Below are positions 1 to 10,500 of a stretch of 64,000 nucleotides of DNA, one piece after another. Both the position numbers and the translations under genes were made by a program. A model generated the notes under the pieces. The model ran no database searches and was not told where the DNA came from. It saw only the letters and a program-made list of their open reading frames with translations. Position 1 is the stretch's first letter. Each line of letters opens with the position of its first letter. The stretch comes from Amoebidium appalachense (Eukaryota > Protista > Ichthyosporea), in assembly GCA_963693365.1 (NCBI GenBank), contig CAVNZM010000003.1, forward strand, positions 13,483,252 through 13,547,251. The letters run 5' to 3'.

Positions 1-1001
1 GCTCGTCGTCGTCGTCGTCGTCATCGGGAGGCGTGTGTAGAGGTTGTACCGGGGCTACGGTGGGTCCGTGGGCTACCGCAGGCTCCACAACGTCGACGTG
101 CTTGCTTGCCACGGCCACCGGCCCGGGCAGTGACCCAGGACGGGTTGTGCTCGTCCGTGTCACGGGCAGACCGGTGCCTTTCCCTTTGCCGGGCAGCCTC
201 GACCGGTCTGGCTTGGACGTCGGCAGGGACCGGCCCGTCAAGGGGGGAAAGGGTATGGGTGGACCGTTGGGCTTGGCCGGCAGGTGGGGTGCCGTGGGGG
301 TCTGTGGGTCAAGCTCTGGGGGGAAGGCCACGGGGACACGGGGCGGGGGAGGCACCTCCCATTTCAGGGACTCTGGCGGGGTGGGCATGGTGGGGCCGGC
401 CACATGGGGTGCCAGGGGCCCGAAGGAGGGTGCGGGCTCGTTATGGGGCCGGCGGCGTGGTGTGTTTGGGGCAGGGGTTTTGGGCGGTGGGGGTGGCTTG
501 GGAGGTGGGGGGTACGGTATGGCCGGAGCCCGGCCCGGGGGTGTGGCCGGGACAGGTGGGGGGAGGGGGTGGGGTCGGCAGGGGGGCCACGTCGGGCAAG
601 GGGGGCGGAGGTGCCCTAGGTCTGTTCCACACGTACGTGCTACCGTACTTGTCCTCAAAGTGCTCATAGCCAGGGTGGTAGGCTACGTCTACCTTCACCA
701 CCTCCGGCAACCGACCACCCCACCGCTCCAGTGGCTGGTTGGGGTCTAGATATGTGCCGGCCTTCTTGAAAAATGCCTCAACCCCACCCCTGACCAACGC
801 CTTGTAGCTATGTCGGAGTAGTGAACTTTTGGGAGTCCCAAAGTACCCAACGGTGGTCTCCCGCCACTTGCCTGAATGCACGTCTTCCGGGTACTGGTAC
901 TTGACAGTGTACCTGCCCAGGGGCCAAACCCTACTCGTCTCAGAGTCCAAGTCATCAGCGTGCCCATGAGGCTGCTGCACCTTGGGGGACATGGTGGACA
1001 C
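1..1001 (-). CDS. Unknown protein with Pro-rich C-terminal part; 186-aa ORF probably continuing by frameshift into a Pro-rich/acidic frame that runs off the window edge
   Basis: ORF 441..1001 is GC-rich and intronless. A second minus frame (MPTPPESLKWEV...PPDDDDDDDE) is open from about 390 to base 1. No motif recognised. Confidence 0.45.
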
Positions 1002-1025
1002 GGTGTTGTTGTAAACTGGTGTTTA

Positions 1026-1421
1026 TTATTTCGCAGCGTACTGCGCCATGGGTTGCCGGGCAAAGCTGCCCTGGGGGTCACTGCTGTGCCCCACCCTCAC
1101 GGGCGTAAAGTCGACATAGTAGGACTTGCTGTTGAGGGGGAGCCCCCTGCTGCCCAGACCGCTCCTGCCGGGCATGGAGGGCACGTGGTTGTCGGTGGGC
1201 AGGTTGTTGAAGGTCGGCAGCCGGCTGAAGGGCACACCGTACACGCCGGCCTGGAAGGTGGCGTCCGTGTGCCGTGCCCGGTAGGGGGCCGCGTAGGCAG
1301 CCTCGTACTCGGCCTCGGGTGCCAGCTTGTAGCCGTACACGGCCGCCTGCGTGGGTGTGGGCGCCAGTGGAATTCCGTTGACGTTGGCCATGGTCGCGTT
1401 CATACTTGCTAGGTGGCCCAC
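1026..1421 (-). CDS. Hypothetical protein (~125-131 aa)
   Basis: Open frame MNATMANVNG...QYAAK ending TAATAA, with very short spacers to both neighbouring ORFs. Confidence 0.5.
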   Translation of the reverse strand: MGHLASMNATMANVNGIPLAPTPTQAAVYGYKLAPEAEYEAAYAAPYRARHTDATFQAGVYGVPFSRLPTFNNLPTDNHVPSMPGRSGLGSRGLPLNSKSYYVDFTPVRVGHSSDPQGSFARQPMAQYAAK

Positions 1422-1442
1422 ACAATTTGCACCTTTGAGTTA

Positions 1443-1535
1443 TTAAGCCTCCACCGTCACCTCACGGGCACCGGACAGCACCAGCACGTTCTCGTGGTGC
1501 ACGAAGGTGTCGAGGGTCAGGTCGTCCTGAACCGT
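1443..1535 (-). CDS. 3' end of a truncated gene (…QDDLTLDTFVHHENVLVLSGAREVTVEA*), possibly a capsid-like C-terminus
   Basis: GC-rich coding-like stretch ending TAATAA. Upstream sequence switches abruptly to AT-rich non-coding DNA. Confidence 0.3.
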   Translation of the reverse strand, partial: TVQDDLTLDTFVHHENVLVLSGAREVTVEA

Positions 1536-1609
1536 GTGTAAAATTGTATAAGTATTTGGGATGGAAGCAGAGACACAGTGGTGCAGTGTGAAAACACCAC
1601 AGACACACA

Positions 1610-2230
1610 ACAACAAAACACGGAACGATCGGAGCAGTGTACACAACAGACATCAATGTTTAGACACGACTGAACTCAATTTATTTTGATCTCGAATAAA
1701 TACCTGAAATTCCCTTAAGTTAAATCCATACATGATTTCCGACCAGTCGGAAATCAGATCTATGTCTAAAATAACCAATCACAATTAACTGATTATTTCC
1801 CGGATAGATCCGGAGACACAGGAACGCACACCATAGGTCACAGCTATAAGAAAGAAATGAGGTGAAGAGTAACGAGGAAAGAGGTGATGTTTCTAACCTA
1901 TCATCGGCTACAAAGACTCAGACATTTTCTGACTAAGTCCACTGATTGGATATAGTACGGCAACACACAAAACAAAAGTGGTTGACTAAGCTATGAATCA
2001 TACATGACAAGCTAAAGTGTAACCTAAGTGTTTTTCTACCAATCAAAACATAACGAGTAATATAAATATACTCAACGTATATTAGTGAGAAAGAAATATA
2101 ATTATGTGAAAGGAAACAAGAGAAGAAAGAAAGAGAAAAGAAAGAAGAAGAAAGAGGAAAAAGAAAAGAAAGCACGAGAGAAAACTCCGACCTTTCGGTC
2201 CTACGTTGTATGGCTCATCAGTCGAAACCC
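1610..2230 (-). mobile_element. Degenerate Copia-like LTR/UTR remnant
   Basis: Patchy similarity of the reverse complement (tcagtcgtgtctaaacat…gtacactgctcc) to the Copia-2 LTR 3' end (ttagtcgtgttttacat…gcactctgctcc) and to 57600-58170. Confidence 0.3.
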
Positions 2231-2231
2231 C

Positions 2232-2274
<43 letters not shown>

Positions 2275-2467
2275 CCAACCACCATCCCTCCCCACCCCAC
2301 CCCAATCCTCTCCCCCCACACCCTTAAGCCAACGGTTCGAGTGAATGGCCAGACTGCAAGGGGCACACACGCATATAGTCATGTACCGTGACTGTCAAAC
2401 ACACACGTACCGCTGGTCACGCGACACTGTCATACACTGTACATAACACACACCATCTGGCGCTATG

Positions 2468-2485
2468 ACACACACCCACACCGCG

Positions 2486-2562
<77 letters not shown>

Positions 2563-2766
2563 ACACGCACACGCACACACACGCATGCACGCCGCCGCAC
2601 ACACACCCACATGCACACGCGCACACACACAAACGGCGCACTCACGCACACACAATGGCACATATATGCACACACAGGTGTATATACTTGTGTGTGCGTG
2701 CATGAGCACGCTCTCACCGCCACACCGTGAATGACAGGCATACACAGGTGATGCATGGCGCGCTTG

Positions 2767-2800
<34 letters not shown>

Positions 2801-2822
2801 GGCACACACACACACTGGCGCG

Positions 2823-2910
<88 letters not shown>

Positions 2911-2958
2911 GTGACCGTGCACACACACACACATACACACACACACACCGTGACCGTG

Positions 2959-2989
<31 letters not shown>

Positions 2990-2998
2990 ACACTCAGT

Positions 2999-3044
<46 letters not shown>

Positions 3045-3055
3045 CACACACACAG
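2468..3055. repeat. Compound (CA)n microsatellite region with interspersed ACCGTG motifs
   Basis: Directly visible. Confidence 0.95.
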
Positions 3056-3202
3056 TAACTGCTGAGTGCACACACAACGTGACTTCCTTCACATACAAGC
3101 ATACCCACACAGGTTCTGTGTCTCCTTTCACTCACTCAAATCCATTTTATTTTCATTTTTACCGTGGCATGCATGCCAGTAATACAGTACATTAAATACA
3201 CA

Positions 3203-3267
3203 CTACAAATCGTGCTCGAAGCACTCATCATCATTATCAGGGAACTCATACGAAACATTGGCATTTA
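3203..3267 (-). pseudogene. C-terminal 21 codons + TAG of the RAG1/Transib-like transposase, separated from the body by the Ngaro-1 insertion
   Basis: Joining 18488 to 3267 gives in-frame …RLKDAY-LNANVSYEFPDNDDECFEHDL*. Confidence 0.75.
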
Positions 3268-3439
3268 GGTTTTATTTGTGGAAACTATTGACATAAATAT
3301 TTTTCTGGGTAAACACGTAGGATGGGTGTTCGGTACCAACATAACCATGTAGGCTTCATTTCGTGTTTTAGCAGTTAGCGGTTGGCTGCCCGCACACGGG
3401 CACCTATTAGCCAGTCAAAACATCAGATACCACAGATCA

Positions 3440-3535
3440 CTAGACCGAGTTATGATTGGCTCGGATCAGATTTCACATATCACTAGATCGATTTTTGATT
3501 GGCTCAGATCGGTAGGCTTAGGTATATAAGCACGA
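3440..3535 (+). promoter_or_regulatory. Putative Ngaro promoter in A1 (two reverse CCAAT boxes and a TATA box)
   Basis: GATTGGCTC occurs twice in a ~45-bp internal duplication; TATATAAG at ~3523 lies ~125 bp before the gag ATG. Confidence 0.5.
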
Positions 3536-3647
3536 CAGTTTTTAGCAGATCAGCAAGCTACAAACACATCTTCTGTGTTTAGCATCCACAGCCTTACAGC
3601 TATATATTCCTTTTTCATTCTCCCTATCTTTCCCTACGCCGGTCAGC

Positions 3648-4822
3648 ATGCCGCCGAAAAAGCGCCAGGCCTCAGCCGCCGCCCCTGCCGCGGCACCTAA
3701 GCGCCTGACCCGCAGCGACCTCCGCCACAGGCTGACCAACGCTCCCGCGGACACTGACGCGCCTTCAGCGGCCCATACCACCACGGACCCGGACCCGCCG
3801 GCTACTCTCCCCTCCACTCCTGAAGTCCCCCCTCAGGCCCCGCCGTCCCCCGCAGATGACTTCTCAAGACGCCGTCCTGGCCGCCCTCACCGCCATCAGC
3901 ACCCAGATGGCTGGCGTCCTGGCTGCTCTCACCAACCGCGACCCTCCCGCGCCCCCCCGCCGCGCCTTCCACACCCGGGGAGGTTTCCCCGGGGCTGCAT
4001 CTCGGCCCTGACCTAGACCTACCTGCCCTGCCCGCGCCCCCCATCACAGGTGAGAACACTGGCGACATTCAGCCGGGCACACTCCCGCTTCCCCCCGCGG
4101 ATGTGCTGGCAGATTTGCGCGCCAATCGTTTCGTCGACCTGTATAAGTTCACCCCCCGCCGCCCTCCTGGCCCCATCCAAGAAAGGTCAGCATCTGCGCA
4201 TGGCCGACGACGGCAGCATCGAGACTTTTCGCCAAGACAAACCCGTTCCCCTGCGTTCACTCGTCATTTGGATCCAAGCTTGGACCCATTACATGGCCGC
4301 CAAGCACCACCTCGGCCTCCCCACGGACAAAGACGTACTTTGGACTCAGCACATCACTCGCCTCAGCACCCGATACCCGTGGGCCCAGATCCACAACTAT
4401 GACGTATACGCCCGCACCGTTGCCCACCAGCAGGTTCGGGCTCCGATCGAGTGTCCCAACCTGCTCGCCCAACTCCACCAGGATCTCCTCCTGCCACCCA
4501 CTCTGCTCATCCCGGACGCATGTCAGCGCTGTAGATTCCCCCCGACCACCCCAGCGCAGCCTGCCCCATGTACCCCAAGCCCGGCTGTGGTCTTGACGGC
4601 TTTAAGCCGCCCCACAAGCCCGGCGGGGGTCAAACCCCTAACCGCCCTGGCCCGCAACCCGGCCCGGCAAAACCGGCCCGACCCGTGGATCTACCCGCGA
4701 CGCACTGCAGGAATTTCCACATTAACGGTCGGTCCTGCGCTAAGCAGCCCTGCCCCTTCTCCCACGTGTGCCCGCTCTGCTCTGGCACACACCCCCGCAA
4801 AGACTGCAAGCACAATGCCTAG
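3648..4822 (+). pseudogene. gag: Ngaro-1 gag-like ORF1 (frameshifted)
   Basis: MPPKKRQ start, CxxCx4Hx4C knuckle and C-terminal CRNF…C…C…H-C..C…H…C fingers. Indels are evident by comparison with copies 2 and 3. Confidence 0.85.
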
Positions 4823-5220
4823 TCTTCGCGCACACCCACACACACCGCTAGAACATAGGGGTTACTAATAGGAGCTAGGACACACGAGTACAGGGAAACG
4901 GAGCTCGGGAGAACGGGCCAATAGGGCTGAGTACAAAATTTCGCAGGCCAACTACGGCGCCCGCGCGCGTCAAGAATAAATGTCCCTACACAAAGACGTT
5001 TATTCTGGCCACTGCACATAATTTTACTCCCCCCCCCATCCCACGAGCCTCCCCCCCCCCCCCTTACACTCACCTAGCACTCCCTCCCCCCCCTTCTTCT
5101 ACCTCTGTGTCCGCCCACACCCCGCGTGCTCGGGCACATTCCCCTGCACAGGGCCCCGCTGCCCTCCCTGCCCACCCTCACTTGGGCCCAGCTGCCCTAC
5201 TCTAACCCCCCGGGGCCCTG

Positions 5221-5254
<34 letters not shown>

Positions 5255-5317
5255 CTGCGGGGATCTCCCCAAGGGTACACCACCCTTGCTAACCACCCCC
5301 TTCCCCCCGAGGCTCAG

Positions 5318-6950
5318 ACCCGGAGGCCCGCCCGCTGCCCCAGCACCACATTGACACCTCCCGCCTCCGGGAACTGCTGGCCTCCTACCCGGACCAACCA
5401 TTCGCCACACAACTCCTCCACGATGTCGAATTCGGCGTCGACATCGGCTATCGCGGCCCCTCCACCTCTCGGGTGGGCCCCAACCTACCCACCACCCCGG
5501 AGGCAGCTGCCGCTATCACGGTGGATATTGCCAAAGAAGTCGCCCTCGGCCACCTGCGCGGCCCCCTCTCCCCGGCCCAATTCTTTGACGAATTTCCGGT
5601 CCACCGCTCCTCCCCCATTGGCGCCGTTACCAAGAAAGGGAACCCCCCCAAGTACCGTCGAATCCACCACCTCTCCTGGCCCCGGGGTAGCAGTGTCAAT
5701 GACAGCATCACCTACCCCGACGAACTTCAGTACATTCGCGCCCGGGATGTCACCCAACTCATTCTCGACGCAGGCCCCGGCTGCTACATGGCCGTGGCAG
5801 ATGTGCAGGCTGCCTTCCGGCACATGCCCATCCGACCGGAAGACCACCACTTAATGGCATTCAAATGGCAAGGGCATTTTTACGTTGAAACCAGACTGCC
5901 CTTCGGCCTGAAATCTAGCCCAGCCATCTGGGAACGGATCGCGGCCACCCTACAGTGGCTGGCACACCAGCACGGTATTACCCTCATCCGCCACTACGTA
6001 GACGACTGGATTATAGTCGCCCCCACACAAGAGCAGTGCCAACGTCACCTATCCACCTTCCTGCAACTCTGCCGAGAGCTGCACATTGCCATCTCCGAAG
6101 ACAAGATGCAGGGCCCGGCTACCCGTGTCGTCTTCATCGGTATCGAATTCGACTCCATCGCCATGGAGGCACGAATCCCGGCTTCCAAGCTCTCGGACCT
6201 ACTCGACCTCACTTCCCACCCAAAGCCCACCATCACCATTCGGGACCTCCAGTCCCTCCTCGGCAAACTCACCTGGTGTGCCCAGCTGGTTCCCCCCGGG
6301 AGGGCCTTCTCCCAGCGCCTATGGGCCCTTCTCCGGACCCACCCACACCTTGCCGGCCACCACCACATACGACTGACTGCTGCCGCCCGGGCCGACATAG
6401 CCGAATGGCACCAGTTCCTCACATCATGGAATGGGGTGCACCTCATCACACCCCCCACATACACCACCCTGGCCACTGATGCTGCCGGATCGGTGGGTCT
6501 ACATCACATGTAGGAGGCCACTGGCTCGACCAATGGTTCTTCATGCCCTGGTCCCCCTCCACCCAAGCCCTCTATGCTCATGAGGGTAAACTCGGTTCTT
6601 CCGTCATCGAACTCCTGGCCATCGCAGCCGCCGTGGCCCTCTGGGCCCCCTCCTGGTCCACCCACCATGTCCGTATTTTATGCGACAACACGGGTGCTGT
6701 GTCTGACCTGCACTCCCGGTCTTCCCCCCACCCCGTGATGGCCAAACTTATTCGGTTCATCACCCGCATGGAAATGCAATACCAATTTATGTTACAGGCA
6801 TCCTACCTACCAGGACCCCTCAACCATCTGGCCGATGCCATTTCTCGTAACCAACTTCCCCGGGCCCGACGACTCCGACCTTCCCTGCAACCGGAGCCCT
6901 GCCCCTTCCCCTCCTGGGTCCACGAGTTCCTATCCCTTCCCTTGGGCTAA
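5318..6950 (+). pseudogene. pol: Ngaro-1 reverse transcriptase/RNase H, broken by an 11-bp insertion at 6501-6511
   Basis: Motifs YRRIHHLS, ADVQAAFR, LPFGLKSSP, YVDD, TDAAG, ELLAI, CDN, NHLADAISR. Confidence 0.92.
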
Positions 6951-7538
6951 CCCCCCCCCCCCCCCCCCCCCCCCCAGATCTCCCGTTCCGGAGCAACACT
7001 GGCAGATTGGCCCCCCACTTTGCTCCGGCCGAGCTGCTTCGAGCCACCACTACCCTGCAGGAATGCCAGGCCCTGAGTCTCAACCTCGACTCTCGGGCCT
7101 TTTACTCCCCGGGTGCAAAAAGGGTTCATCGATTTCTGTGTGGCATCTCGGCTGCAATCCTCCTCCGGGTCCTCCCTCCCGGCCTCCCCACACACCGTGC
7201 AACTTTTTCTCGCCTGGTGTGCCCAACGAGGGGTACAGGCCTCTTCCTTAACCGGCTACAATTCGGCCATCACTAGGCTCCACCTCGACATGGGCCTCCC
7301 TGCTCCCTACCCCCACGACAAGTCTCTGGCCTGGTTCCTACGGGGGGTGGGCCGATGGCAGCTTTCTCACAACATCCGACCCCGCTCATCCACCAGGGAA
7401 CCCCTCCTCCCCTCCCACCTCCGCCTACTCCATGGCCAGTGCCCCACCAAGGCCTCCTCGGCCAATCTCCGGCTATGGACGGCCCTCATCGTCGGTTTCT
7501 GTGGTCTCCTCCGTTCAGGGGAATTTACCTCCAAGACC

Positions 7539-10500
7539 TGTTGGACATTGTGTTCATAGAAGCTAGTTCTAGTGCACGTTGTTCCTTCTGTAAGTCAGAA
7601 ATGATTGCATCTTGTGAGGCCAACCTCTGCTCCAGTAGTTGGACTAGTTGCTGCAACTGTAAGTTGTCAGACATAGTGTCGTGTATGATGGGTAACTAGT
7701 CTATGTGTTTTGTGCACTGGAAACGACAGTAGAAAAGTGTAAATCAAACGTTCTGCTTCCCATGTTTGTGACATGGGAGGCACTGCTTTATATAGTCGTT
7801 GGCCACCTCATGGTGGCCTCGTGTGCACCCTGGTGGTGGGCCATGTACAGCATGGCCGAAAAGAGAGCACAATGAAAACAAGTCGTTAAAGAGATATAAA
7901 AGTTAACTGTGCACGTTGAGTGGCTAGTTAACTTGCACTAAAGCACACAAATAAACGTGTTTAACACACCAATTGCAGTTAAACGTAAATCTTGCTTCAC
8001 ACAACTAAAAATATTCTGAGAATATCCGGGAATAAAGCACACTACCACTCTAAGAATAGAATCCTGTGGCAAATATAGACATGACATCATCTGAACCGGG
8101 AATAGCCGAAAAGAGAGCACAATTAGCACGTTGCTAGTGAAGCTCGTCATTGGTACAGTTTTGGCTCAAACATATAACTACCATATATGAATATGACCGT
8201 AAACAAAAGCTCTATGCACTCGAGTGAGTGTTGAAACAGTTATTCAATTGCTCAGAAACTTTCTCTAACAGACATTGCTAGCCGGGAGTACCAGTGTACT
8301 CCAACACCCCTACTCAATTGGATAATTATGGTATGAATTAATGCAACTGAGCTCGAGTGCTTCAGGTGCACAAAATACAGACAATAAAGATTCCCCTACT
8401 CAATTTTAGTATGGTACACGTAGTTGCACAGTCGGATGCAACTCTCTCCCCCCCCCCTGAAGTATGAGGGCGCAGTTGGTTGATGACGGGTGCTCAGCAC
8501 ATGTTGAGCATCCCCACGGCCTTGGTGAAGAAAGAGGCAGACAGGGCCTTGGTGAACATGTCGGCCTTGTTGTCAGCAGAAGCCACCGGGACCACAGTGA
8601 TGTTGCCCAGCAGGTGATGTTCCTTGACGGAGCAGTAGCGGACGTCGAGTGCTGGTCTTGGGCTTAACCCCCAGGGTGTCCAGCAGGGCCCGGGCAGACT
8701 CATTGTCCCCATGGATGGGCACCGGGGTGGGCTCATTGATAGGATTAAGGCCCAGGTCGTCCATCACATAGTTGAGCCATAGGGCCTCGTTCGTAGCAGC
8801 AGACATGGCCACAAATTCAGCCTCAGTGGAGCTGTGGGTGGTGATGGACTGGAGCCGAGACACCCAGGACACAGGGGAGGAGTTGATGAAGAAGACATAG
8901 CCCGTGGTGGAGCGCCGGGTGTCGCGGTCCTCGGCGTAGTCGGAGTCGGAGTAGCCAACAAGGTTGGGGGGGCCGGGACGGTAGACAATACCCAGGTCGA
9001 TGGTGGCCAGCAGGTAGCTTACAACTCTGGTAGCCATAGTCCAGTGGGTGACGGTGGGCGCATGAATGTGTCGAGTAAGGACTCCCAGAGCCTGGGAAAT
9101 GTCGGGGCGGGTGGTACGCGCAATCCACAGCAGGGCACCGACCAGGCTGGCATAGTCCTCCTTCTTGCTGTAGGCTGGGGTCTTGTTGCTTTCACTGGCC
9201 TGGCCCGGGACGATGGGGGTCTTGGTGCCGGACATGTGGGTGAGACGAAAACGGGCAGCCAAGTCGATGATGTGTTGACGATGGCCCAGACGCAGAGACC
9301 CGTCCTCCAGCCAGGTAAGAGTGTGCCCGATGAGCAGGGTAGGACGACCCAGGTCCTTGGCAGAGAAACGAGCATCCAGCTTGGTGAAAAAATCGTCGAT
9401 GAGCGCATCAGTGGCGGCCGTCACGGTGAAGTCATCCACGTAGGCAGCAAGGGCAATAAACGTTGGGGTCCCGGCATTCTTGATGAACAGGCACGGGTCA
9501 GCAGCACTCACAATGAAGCCTTGGTCGAGGAGATGGTCACGGAGGGCCTCATACCACTGGCGCGTTGCCTGTTTTAGGCCGTAGAGCGCCTTGTGGAGCA
9601 AGCCGACAGCATGGGGGGCCGAGGGGTTGACGAAGCCAGGGGGCTGCTCAATGTAGATGGTCTCGTTGACGGTGCCGTTGAGGAATGCTGTGTTGACGTC
9701 GATGTGGCGCAGAGGCAGACCTTGGGCCACGGAGGTAGCCAAAACCAGCCGGATGGTAGCCAGCGCAGCCACAGGTGACTCGGTGACGAAATAGTCCTGG
9801 CCAGGCTGCTGGTAGTTGCCCCGGGCCACAAGCCGGGCCTTGAAAGCAGTGACGTTGCCGACGTTGTCCTGCTTGACCGTAAAGACCCAGCCGACCGGAA
9901 TGACAGTGGAGCCATCCTCTGGACGGGGCACAAGGGTGAAGGTGCCGTTGTCTTCCAGGGCCTTGAGCTCACGGTGTTCACTGCTGGCAGCCTCCTCCCA
10001 TTTCAGACGCTGGGGACTCTTGAGTGCAGCCCGGACAGTCTTGGGGACAACAATGGTGGAAGCCTTGATGGGTGTTGATGCAGGAGCCGTAGCCTGGGGG
10101 GCAAGGGGGGCCGTAGCAGCAGCCACGTTGGCAGTCGGGCCTCGACGTTGGTCGTTGTACACAGCGCCACTATGGGTCGTCCGGGGGAGCCGATGTGCAG
10201 GCTCGGGCAGGATCGGAATGTCCAATTGATCACTCGGCGCTGTCCCATTGGCTGACAGACGAGACGAATCAGATTGCTGATCATTCCGGACGATGTGATT
10301 GGCTGGCTGATTTGACGAATCAGATGACTCCAAAAAATGATGAATTGCCGGTGCGGTCGACCAATCAGATGGGACATCACGGAGGGGGTGCAGAATAGCA
10401 GCCTCGTCGAACTGCACGTCACGGCTGACGGTCATCTTGTGTGCTGCTGGAATCCAGACCTTGTAGCCCTTGATGTTAGGAGGGTAGCCCACGAAGATGC

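Noticed and set aside
2395-3135. Many VCVC/THTH/poly-P/poly-G ORFs here and at 16048-16737, 19793-20375, 41144-41491 and 48773-50284
   Set aside because: They are translations of CA microsatellites and homopolymer tracts.
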